In this document: positions 20,067-26,966 of the stretch, piece by piece | Numbering within the stretch: position 1 is the stretch's first letter | How the letters are laid out: each line of letters starts with the position of its first letter | Source: Candidatus Pacearchaeota archaeon | GTDB taxonomy: Archaea; Nanobdellota; Nanobdellia; Pacearchaeales; GW2011-AR1 | Assembly: GCA_038891175.1 (NCBI GenBank) | Contig: JAWAET010000001.1 | Coordinates: 1-43,944 of the forward strand | Length of the DNA: 43,944 bases | Reading direction: 5' to 3' | Made by a program: the position numbers and the translations under genes | The notes under the pieces: generated by a model | What the model saw: only the letters and a program-made list of their open reading frames with translations | Told to the model about the DNA's origin: nothing | Database searches by the model: none

Positions 20067-20220
20067 AGCTCGAGTAGCTCAGCTGGATAGAGCACCGCAC
20101 TCCTAAAACTACCTTTCTTAGAAAGAAAGGTTCATTACAATCAGAAGAAATAGTTATAGCGACTTTGTTCGCTTCTTATGGAGAGATGCGGGGGCCGGGG
20201 GTTCAAATCCTCCCTCGAGC
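20067..20220 (+). tRNA. tRNA-Arg (anticodon CCU) interrupted by an intron of about 80 nt at the canonical 37/38 position (about 20105..20184)
   Basis: The 5' exon is GCTCGAGTAGCTCAGCTGGATAGAGCACCGCACTCCTA. The 3' exon is ATGCGGGGGCCGGGGGTTCAAATCCTCCCTCGAGCG. Acceptor GCTCGAG/CTCGAGC and anticodon stem CCGCA/TGCGG pair perfectly. CTCC (positions 32-35) pairs with the intron 3' GGAG, leaving a 3-nt AGA bulge. Confidence 0.8.
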
Positions 20221-20237
20221 GCTTTAGAAAAGATAAA

Positions 20238-20640
20238 ATGAAAAAAAGACTTCCCTTAACAAAAGTTTTAGAAATATTACAAGAATTTTGGATAAACAAA
20301 CCGGTCAGAATAAATTTACTTAAAAGAAGTACCCGAAGTTACAATTTTTTAATTCTGTGCAAAGATGGAGAAGAGTTAATATTAAAAGAGTAATTAGAGA
20401 AAAATAAAAAAATTTCTATTGAGCTAGATTTTATTTCTTATCTTCATAAGTTAAAACCGAAGTTTTATCCTAAGATATTTAAAACATTAAATGGCAAAAC
20501 TTATTTTAAATTGAATGGAAAATATTTCTGTTTGATGAGTTATATAGATGGTAAATTTCTTGATTCGGAAAATTTTTCTATTAACAATTTTTACGAATTT
20601 GGGAGAAGATTGGCAGAATTTCATATTTCTCAAAAAATTT
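20238..20640 (+). pseudogene. Relic of an APH/homoserine-kinase-II-type phosphotransferase: N-terminal ~130 aa only, with an in-frame TAA
   Basis: ORFs 20178..20393 and 20511..20771 are in the same frame, and the gap 20394..20510 is open. Joined, they read ...YNFLILCKDGEELILKE*LEKNKKISIELDFISYLHKL...GKYFCLMSYIDGKFL...FYEFGRRLAEFH, an APH N-lobe pattern. Similarity stops near 20640 and the catalytic C-lobe is absent. Confidence 0.5.
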
Positions 20641-20899
20641 GTCGACATTTGATTTTATCGGTTTCCATTCTTTCATTTTGGTTCCGTGCATTGAAAAAAG
20701 TTTTGCATGGGCATGATCAACTCCAAAGCCTTCAAAGATCATTCCTGTTCTGCCAACATCTTCAAGTTTAGAATCTATTAATTTAGCAACTTTTTTAGCA
20801 GCCAGAACTAGTTCAGTTAAAACTTCGTCTGGCAAATCGAAAGCATAACTCGGAGAGTGTTCTTTCGTTATGACGACGGAAAAACTAGGAGTGTTTGGA
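20581..20899 (-). pseudogene. HIT-family hydrolase relic, lacking the N-terminal ~40 aa and any ATG, with a degenerate triad HAHAK
   Basis: The open frame reads PNTPSFSVVITKEHSPSYAFDLPDEVLTELVLAAKKVAKLI...GMIFEGFGVDHAHAKLFSMHG, which is colinear with HIT proteins (LVIPKxH ... HxHxH). Upstream it runs antisense into the 20870 ORF without a start codon. Confidence 0.45.
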
Positions 20900-21445
20900 A
20901 AAATAGAGAATAAATTAGGGATTTTACAAGGACATTTAGATGGATGTCTCTCACGAAAAGGAAAAATTCAGGCCAAAAAAATTGCTCTTTTTTTAAAAAA
21001 TAAAAAAATAGATGTGATATACTCAAGTGACTTAAAAAGAGCGTTAGATACTACAAAAGAAATAATAAAATATCATCCAAATGCCAAGTTATTTCTTGCA
21101 AAAGAACTTAGAGAAAGAGATCATGGAAGTTTCACTGGCAAAAAACAAAACGAAGTTGATTGGAGTAATAAACCAATCGATATGGAAACTAAAGAAAGTA
21201 TGATAAAAAGAATAAAAAATATTCTTGATAAAACTTGTAAAAAGTATAAAGACAAAACAGTCGTTTTTGTAACTCATGGGGGGGGGGTAAAACGCAGAAT
21301 TATTGAAATTATTTCTAAAGAAAGCAATACAAAATTAGAAAAGACACCTGATTTTCAAAATGCTTCGATTAGTATCATTAATATAAATGAAAGAGGTAAT
21401 TACAAGATTGAATTATTAAACTCAATTCAGCACTTGTTAGAATGA
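20870..21445 (+). CDS. Histidine phosphatase (phosphoglycerate mutase/CobC) family protein, N-terminally truncated. It may be a pseudogene or a pseudoenzyme.
   Basis: LQGHLDGCLSRKGKIQAKKIA, VIYSSDLKRALDT, LRERDHGSFTG and VFVTHGGG fit the family. The N-terminal catalytic RHGE strand is replaced by LGVFGKIENK. Confidence 0.55.
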   Translation: MTTEKLGVFGKIENKLGILQGHLDGCLSRKGKIQAKKIALFLKNKKIDVIYSSDLKRALDTTKEIIKYHPNAKLFLAKELRERDHGSFTGKKQNEVDWSNKPIDMETKESMIKRIKNILDKTCKKYKDKTVVFVTHGGGVKRRIIEIISKESNTKLEKTPDFQNASISIININERGNYKIELLNSIQHLLE

Positions 21446-21775
21446 TATCTGGAACAATTTTAAAAAACCCAATCAAAGAACGGAATAGGATAATAAAAGG
21501 AGCAATAATTTTATCTTCTCCCGATGATTTTTAAAAGAAATAAAGATTGCTTCCAAGAGAGTAAAGATAAAAGAGATCTTGCCTTATACGTAAAAAAGCT
21601 TTGCGAATCATCTAGGAGTATTGAAATTTGAAGCGTTTACTATTTACCTTAATATTAAAAAGATGTCCTCTAAATAAATTAATAAAACCAAATATTTAAA
21701 AAGCAAAAAAATAAAGAGATATAAACCTGCGAGCTAACGCGTGAGTAGGTTCATACTTCTCTCGCTTAGCTTAAA

Positions 21776-22144
21776 ATGAAAATGATATCAAAAACAGAAA
21801 TAGAAAAAAAAGCAAGTAAAAAAACAAACAAAGAGTTAGCTAAGGCAATAAACATTATAAAAAAGAGCAATATAGAGATTGCTGCGATACTTGCATATCC
21901 ACGAAGAAAAAGAGTAGAACTAAATTTGGACTATATTGATAAACACACTAAAGAAGGAGAAAAAATAATTGTACCTGGAAAAGTTTTAAGTGAAGGAAGT
22001 CTAACAAAAAAAATAAAAATTGTTGCGTGGAAATTTTCTGAAAAAAGTTTAGAAAAAATAAAAAAAACAAAGAGTGAAGCAGTGCTTATCACTGAAGAGA
22101 TAAAGAAAAATCCCGAATTAAAAGAATTAAGATTATTAAAATGA
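21776..22144 (+). CDS. rpl18e: 50S ribosomal protein L18e (eL18)
   Basis: AAILAYPRRKRVELNLDYIDKHTKEGEKIIVPGKVLSEGSLTKKIKIVAWKFSEKSLEKI. It is followed by rpl13 and rps9. Confidence 0.85.
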   Translation: MKMISKTEIEKKASKKTNKELAKAINIIKKSNIEIAAILAYPRRKRVELNLDYIDKHTKEGEKIIVPGKVLSEGSLTKKIKIVAWKFSEKSLEKIKKTKSEAVLITEEIKKNPELKELRLLK

Positions 22145-22539
22145 AGATATATGTAGATGCTACAAATATACCGGTGGGAAGACTTGGAAGTTATGTAGCT
22201 AAAAATGCTTTAAATGGAAATGAAGTGATAGTTTTAAATTCAGAAAAAGCAATAATCTCTGGAAATAAAAAAGATATATTAGAAAAAATACTAAATTGGA
22301 GAAGTAAAGGAGGAAGTTCCTTAAAAGGACCTATAGTTCCTAAAAGTCCTGAGAGACTTCTAAAGAGGATGATAAGAGGAATGTTGCCATGGGATAAAAA
22401 AAGAGGAAAAGAAGCCTATAAGAGGATAAAATGCTTTAAGAGCGGTGAATTAAAAGTAGAAGAAAAAGAAATAACAAAGTTAAAGGTAAATCTTCCTCTT
22501 AAATTTGTAGAATTAAAAGAAATATGCAAATTAATATGA
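22141..22539 (+). CDS. rpl13: 50S ribosomal protein L13 (uL13)
   Basis: VDATNIPVGRLGSYVAKNALNGNEVIVLNSEKAIISGNK...RMIRGMLP. Confidence 0.9.
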   Translation: MKIYVDATNIPVGRLGSYVAKNALNGNEVIVLNSEKAIISGNKKDILEKILNWRSKGGSSLKGPIVPKSPERLLKRMIRGMLPWDKKRGKEAYKRIKCFKSGELKVEEKEITKLKVNLPLKFVELKEICKLI

Positions 22540-22943
22540 TTCAAAAAAACATTATTACAACAGGAAAGAGAAAAAGAGCGATAGCTAAAGCAACAATAAA
22601 AGAAGGAAAGGGAAATGTTTTTATAAATAGAAAAAAATTAGAATTTTTTCCGTGGCTAAATCAATTAGAAATAAAAGAACCTTTGATGATTGCAAAAGAA
22701 ATTTTAAAGGAGCTAAATTTTGATATATATGTAAATGTAAAAGGAGGAGGCATCTCTTCTCAAACAGAAGCAACACGTTTAGCAATTGCTAAAGCAATCG
22801 TGGCATATACTAAGAATGATCAAATAAGAAGAGCATACTTATCTTATGATAAAGCTTTATTAGTAGCAGATACGAGAAGGAATGAACCTCATAAGCCAAG
22901 GGATTCTAAGGCAAGAGCAAAGAGACAAAAGAGTTACAGATAG
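22524..22943 (+). CDS. rps9: 30S ribosomal protein S9 (uS9)
   Basis: GKRKRAIAKATIKEGKG...VNVKGGGISSQTEATRLAIAKAIV...ADTRRNEPHKPRDSKARAKRQKSYR. Confidence 0.9.
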   Translation: MQINMIQKNIITTGKRKRAIAKATIKEGKGNVFINRKKLEFFPWLNQLEIKEPLMIAKEILKELNFDIYVNVKGGGISSQTEATRLAIAKAIVAYTKNDQIRRAYLSYDKALLVADTRRNEPHKPRDSKARAKRQKSYR

Positions 22944-23243
22944 TTATATCTTTATTCTGTACAAATCTTGTTAAATTAATTATCAACAGTAAAAGAGTAA
23001 TTAGAAAGAAGAAACATTTTTTATAAAGGAGATATCTCTTGAATTATAATAAAGATTAACAAAAAATTTAAAAGAATGTTTAAAGTGAATTTCTTAATTA
23101 TTTAAACTAGTTTTTAATGTGACTAAAAAGAAATCTGTAATTTTTGAGAAAAATAATTTTCTTAAAAACTTACTATACTATCTATCTCTTTCTCTAAAAT
23201 CTTAGATTAAAGATTATTAATAAACAAAAAAGTTGCCTTTTTC

Positions 23244-23274
23244 TAGTAGTTACAAAAAGAAAGATTTAAATATA
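23244..23274 (+). promoter_or_regulatory. Promoter/operator motif TAGTAGTTACAAAAAGAAAGATTTAAATATA, ending 20 nt before the ATG at 23294
   Basis: A near-identical motif with identical spacing lies at 24965..24994, before the ATG at 25014. TTTAAATATA is TATA-like, and the spacing implies a leaderless or very short-leader mRNA. Confidence 0.5.
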
Positions 23275-23293
23275 TGAGAAATATTAAAAAAAT

Positions 23294-23932
23294 ATGGTAA
23301 GAAAACAAAAAAGTATAGAAGAGATTAAAGAAGAAGTGAAGAAATTTTATGAAGATAAAAAAGGAAGTTTAGAAAGTAGTACAAGTATATTAATTATGGA
23401 TACTGGAGCTTTAATAGATATTCAAAAAGAAAATAAAGAAGAATGGTTGGGTAAATTGAAAATTAAAAGGTGTATGGAAGATATTTTAGAATATTTTGAG
23501 AAATACGCCATACCTATAGTAACGCCGGCAACTATGAATGAAGTAGAAATACATTCTTTTGTAAAGATAAATGGACATGAAAAAGAGATATCCTCTTGTA
23601 CTTATGGCTTTTCTAAAAAATGTAGTGTGAATTTTCAAGATTTGTATGATAGATTAGAATCTAAAAAAGACCAAAACCGATATGATGCGTGGTTATTTAC
23701 AAGAAATAACTTGCGTAGTCTTTTGATGAATAAAAGTATGGGAGAAATTTCGATTGTTGATTTAGACATATTAGAAAATGCTTATTTATTCGCAACTACT
23801 AATTTAAAAGATAAGAAAAAAAGTTTAGTTTGTGTTTTAACATCTGATCATTATCATGTAGCTGAAGGTATCAACTTAATTAGAAAAAAGTTTGAATTAG
23901 AAAATTTAGGAGTAGTAGAAACAAGGAAGTAA
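23294..23932 (+). CDS. PIN-domain ribonuclease-like protein
   Basis: Four acidic positions occur in PIN order: ILIMDTGALID, TMNEVEIH, SIVDLDILENA and VCVLTSDHY. At 212 aa it is larger than a minimal VapC. Confidence 0.6.
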   Translation: MVRKQKSIEEIKEEVKKFYEDKKGSLESSTSILIMDTGALIDIQKENKEEWLGKLKIKRCMEDILEYFEKYAIPIVTPATMNEVEIHSFVKINGHEKEISSCTYGFSKKCSVNFQDLYDRLESKKDQNRYDAWLFTRNNLRSLLMNKSMGEISIVDLDILENAYLFATTNLKDKKKSLVCVLTSDHYHVAEGINLIRKKFELENLGVVETRK

Positions 23933-23933
23933 G

Positions 23934-24773
23934 ATGAAATTTATAAAATATCCTAAAATTCCTTATTTGGAAAGCGAAAAAGAACTCGAAGGAAAAGAAG
24001 TTTATTTATTTGAAAAATTAGATGGGAGCAACTGCCAGATAAGAAAAGAAAATTGGAGAGTTTTTGCAGCAAAAAGAAGCGGCGATGTTTTAGAAAAAGA
24101 ATGGGAAAATAAAAAAGAAAAAAAATGGATAGAGAACTTTTATAAATGGGCTATGTCAAATAGCTCTTTGTTAAATCTACCAGAAGGGATTATCTTTTAC
24201 GGAGAGTGGTTACATAAAAAATCCTTCGGAAATGGGGTAATTTATCCAGAAGATTGCTATGATAGATTTTACTTAATAGATTGTATAAAAACAAAAGAAA
24301 ATGAAAATTTTGAGTTTTTACCTTATGAAGAAGGGGAGAAAATTATAAAAGAGAGAAGTATAGAAGAAGTGAGGATTTTACCTTATACAAAGATTTTTTC
24401 TCCTTCTTTAAATGAATTGAAAAAAAAGATTTTCGGAGGCTTAGAAAAACAAATAGCCGAAGGAATTCCAGAAGGGATAGTGATAAAAGATTACTCTGTA
24501 AATCCTCCTTTTATGAGAAAAATTGTTAGCGAACCTTATGAAGAAAAAGATGAAAGAATTAAAGATGAAAGAAAAAAATACATTACCCTATCAAGAATAA
24601 AAAAAGCTTATGAAAAAGCAATTGAAGAAGAAGAGAAAGTCTCTCAACAAAGAATTATAGAAATAATAATTAAAGATATAAAAGAAGAAACAAATATAGA
24701 TGCCGATGTTGAATATGCAAAACAAAGGATATTAAATTTTCTAGATATGATAAATCTTAAAATCCCTCCTTAA
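23934..24773 (+). CDS. ATP-dependent RNA ligase, Rnl2-like nucleotidyltransferase family
   Basis: Motif I is FEKLDGSN (KxDG adenylylation lysine). Motif III is IIFYGEW, IIIa is FYLIDCI, IV is EGIVIKD and V is MRKIVSEP. There is a helical C-terminal domain. The gene starts 1 nt after the PIN stop. Confidence 0.7.
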   Translation: MKFIKYPKIPYLESEKELEGKEVYLFEKLDGSNCQIRKENWRVFAAKRSGDVLEKEWENKKEKKWIENFYKWAMSNSSLLNLPEGIIFYGEWLHKKSFGNGVIYPEDCYDRFYLIDCIKTKENENFEFLPYEEGEKIIKERSIEEVRILPYTKIFSPSLNELKKKIFGGLEKQIAEGIPEGIVIKDYSVNPPFMRKIVSEPYEEKDERIKDERKKYITLSRIKKAYEKAIEEEEKVSQQRIIEIIIKDIKEETNIDADVEYAKQRILNFLDMINLKIPP

Positions 24774-24964
24774 CTTACAAAAGGGTTTCTCTTAAAAATT
24801 TCATAAACTTAAATAGAATCTGCTTCTAAAATTTAGTTTCCCTAACTAATCTTTATTTGTTAAAATTAATCATTTATGAGAAAAAAGTAATTTGCGAAAG
24901 AGTTTAGATATTATAAATAAGTTTATATCAAATAAAAATAAATTCCTTTATAAATGTTATTGTT

Positions 24965-24994
24965 TAGTAGTAACAAAAGAAAGGTTTAAAAATA
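24965..24994 (+). promoter_or_regulatory. Second copy of the promoter/operator motif: TAGTAGTAACAAAAGAAAGGTTTAAAAATA
   Basis: Same order and the same 20-nt distance to the ATG at 25014 as the copy at 23244..23274. Confidence 0.5.
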
Positions 24995-25013
24995 GAGAGA
25001 CATAAGAGAAGAT

Positions 25014-25829
25014 ATGGAAAAGATAAAATATCGTGCTAAAACGATAGATGATTATTTTATTGTTGAAGGGCTTTGCGGAATAGCTCAATTAGAAAAAGAA
25101 AGTAAAAGCAAAGAAAGTTGGTTTTTGGTTGGAGGAATTGCTGTTCAAAGCTATTTACCAAGCTCTTGTAGGAGGCCTACTTCTGATATAGATTTAGCAT
25201 TATTAGTTCCATTAAATTATGAAAGTTTTAAAGAGTATTCAAAACCTGTAAAAGAGTATCTCCAAGATAAGGGTTTTCAAGTGGAAGAAAAAAAAGGGCA
25301 TAATACTTTTATTTTAAAATATAAAAAAGATGAGGAAACAGGAGTAATAGAATTCGCAAGAAGAAATAAACAGAATCTTAAGAGAATAATCAAAAGATTA
25401 GAAGAAGAAATGAAAAACACGAGATTAAAAGTTATAGAAGGAAAAAGAGAGTTCTATAGAGTCTCTAGTCCTGAGGATATTATCTCGCCTAAAATGGTGA
25501 GAAGTATAATGATTTTAAAAGAATTTCCCGAGTTGAAAGAAGAATATCTCACTAAGAAAATTTATCCTCTTACTGAAAAAAAGATAGAAGAGAGTCTTAA
25601 TGAAATAGAAAAAATAAAAGAAGAAGCAAGATTATCGGAAGGAAATTTAGAAATAGCATGTCGGTTAAGATTTGTTTCGGATATATACGACATAAAAGTT
25701 CTTTCTGAACTCACAGGTTTTAATGAAGACTATCTAAAAGAGTCTCTTTATAGATGGAGCAAAAATAGAGAAGATTCGGAAGAGAAAAATATTCTAATGA
25801 AAAGCCTCCTTCCTTTTATAAAAATTTGA
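25014..25829 (+). CDS. DUF1814/AbiEii-MenT-like nucleotidyltransferase
   Basis: WFLVGGIAVQSYLPSSCRRPTSDIDLALLVP matches the GG...R.[ST].D[IL]D NTase signature near the N-terminus. The length of about 270 aa is typical. Confidence 0.6.
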   Translation: MEKIKYRAKTIDDYFIVEGLCGIAQLEKESKSKESWFLVGGIAVQSYLPSSCRRPTSDIDLALLVPLNYESFKEYSKPVKEYLQDKGFQVEEKKGHNTFILKYKKDEETGVIEFARRNKQNLKRIIKRLEEEMKNTRLKVIEGKREFYRVSSPEDIISPKMVRSIMILKEFPELKEEYLTKKIYPLTEKKIEESLNEIEKIKEEARLSEGNLEIACRLRFVSDIYDIKVLSELTGFNEDYLKESLYRWSKNREDSEEKNILMKSLLPFIKI

Positions 25830-26345
25830 AGTCTTTTCTTTTAACTTTCTTTGAACAGCATAAAAAATCTCGGGGGAAATCAAAGGTTTATGTTCTCCTT
25901 TAAAAATTCTTCCATCGAATTTTATTTCGCCTAAGTAAGTACGATTAGTTAAAATTTTTTTTAAACCGTTTATCGAAAGAGAATATTTTTTTGCTAAAGA
26001 ATTTAAAGAAATGTCAGTTTCTAGAAACTCTTTAAAAATAGAATGGACTTTATGCGAGTCTTGGTTTTCAACTAATTTCCCATTTAATAAATCATATCCT
26101 AATGGAGCTCTAGACATTACTTTTCCTTCTTCTGCTTTTTTTTCCATTCCTTCTTTCTGTTTTATACCGAACTTTTGTCCATATTTTCTAAAAGTTTCTA
26201 ATAATTTCCAATCGACTTTCTCTTCTATATATTTTAAAAAATCTTCTTTGGCAGAAGGAGAAAAAAAAGCACAAAGAGAACAAAGAGGAACATTGTCAAC
26301 TATAATCTCCTTTTCATCTATGTATCCGCATTTATAACAAACCAT
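25794..26345 (-). CDS. Zinc-ribbon plus serine-recombinase 'Recombinase' DNA-binding domain protein, lacking the resolvase catalytic domain
   Basis: N-terminal CYKCG...CSLC. Then EEGKVMSRAPLGYDLLNGKLVENQDSHKVHSIFKEF...SLNSLAKKY...LKKILTNRTYLGEIKF...GEHKPLISPEIF, colinear with the recombinase domain of large serine recombinases. No S-R catalytic N-domain is present. Confidence 0.55.
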   Translation of the reverse strand: MVCYKCGYIDEKEIIVDNVPLCSLCAFFSPSAKEDFLKYIEEKVDWKLLETFRKYGQKFGIKQKEGMEKKAEEGKVMSRAPLGYDLLNGKLVENQDSHKVHSIFKEFLETDISLNSLAKKYSLSINGLKKILTNRTYLGEIKFDGRIFKGEHKPLISPEIFYAVQRKLKEKTSNFYKRKEAFH

Positions 26346-26393
26346 TAAAGAAAATATAAAAAAGAATTTAAATATCTCACGTTAATGAAATAA

Positions 26394-26966
26394 ATGCTTT
26401 ATAAAAAACTTTATTGTGGTGCAGATGATTCCAATCATGCCGGCGATTCAAAAGGAGAGTTTATAGTCGTAACTTTTTCATATTTAAAAGAAGATGCCAT
26501 TCCTAGATATTTTAAAAACAAAAGAGATTACTCGGGCACAAAAGAGTGGCTAAAAAATCCTTTAAGAGATTATAGGTTTACTATCCTCTTAAGAGAAAGA
26601 TATAGGCATTCGAGAAATAATCTTATAGATATTGCACCTCTGCTGATAAAAGAATATCTTTCTAAAAAAGAGAGATTGGAAGGAATAAGTTTATATTTAG
26701 ATGGAGAAATAACTAATTTTTATATTGAAAAAATAAGAGAGATAATGAAAAAAATGTTTTTGGTTAATAAAGCATATGTAAAAGGTTTTAGTAAAAAAAC
26801 TCTTGGTGAATTTCACAAAAGATATTTCTGTCCAGAACTTGTTTATAGAGCAGACGTGCTTGCAAATGAACTTTACTCTTATAACGGACCTATAAAAGAG
26901 ATATTCTCTCATGAAAAATTAATACCTCTTGAAAGATTAGTAGAGAAAATAGACACTTCTAATTAA
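26394..26966 (+). CDS. Hypothetical protein with a weak RNase H-fold-like signature (DUF3800/RNase HII-like)
   Basis: N-terminal LYCGADDSNHAGDSKGEFIVV resembles the G-x-D-E-[AS]-G first strand, and the C-terminal YRADVLANELY resembles the distal acidic motif. This is pattern-level only. Confidence 0.3.
   Translation: MLYKKLYCGADDSNHAGDSKGEFIVVTFSYLKEDAIPRYFKNKRDYSGTKEWLKNPLRDYRFTILLRERYRHSRNNLIDIAPLLIKEYLSKKERLEGISLYLDGEITNFYIEKIREIMKKMFLVNKAYVKGFSKKTLGEFHKRYFCPELVYRADVLANELYSYNGPIKEIFSHEKLIPLERLVEKIDTSN

Noticed and set aside
20105-20184. C/D-box sRNA hidden in the tRNA-Arg intron
   Set aside because: No RUGAUGA (C) or CUGA (D) boxes are present in the intron.
20178-20237. N-terminal 20 codons (MERCGGRGFKSSLERFRKDK) of listed ORF 20178..20393
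   Set aside because: This part is the 3' exon of the tRNA-Arg read as protein. If the relic is translated at all, the start is the internal Met near 20238.
20339-20393. Possible recoding or readthrough of the in-frame TAA in the kinase-like frame, and a 1-nt discrepancy in my own codon count near 20339..20342
   Set aside because: The kinase similarity ends about 250 nt later and the catalytic half is missing, so decay explains the stop better than recoding. My hand count suggested an extra base (agt taa c aat) that the ORF track translation (…RSYNF…) does not show. I defer to the track and treat it as my reading error.
20900-20985. Apparent N-terminal extension of the HIT-like frame (…SKCPCKIPNLFSIF…), resembling the CxxCKI start of HIT proteins
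   Set aside because: This stretch is antisense to the part of the phosphatase ORF with strong family similarity (ILQGHLDGCLSRKGKIQAKK). It has no start codon and would need deletions to align, so it is most likely coincidental.
21724-21775. Relatively GC-rich segment (AACCTGCGAGCTAACGCGTGAGTAGGTT...CGCTTAGCT) just upstream of rpl18e, a possible structured leader or small RNA
   Set aside because: I could draw only short helices (AACCT/AGGTT, AGCTAA/TTAGCT). I recognise no family and have no covariation evidence, so it is not reportable as a feature.
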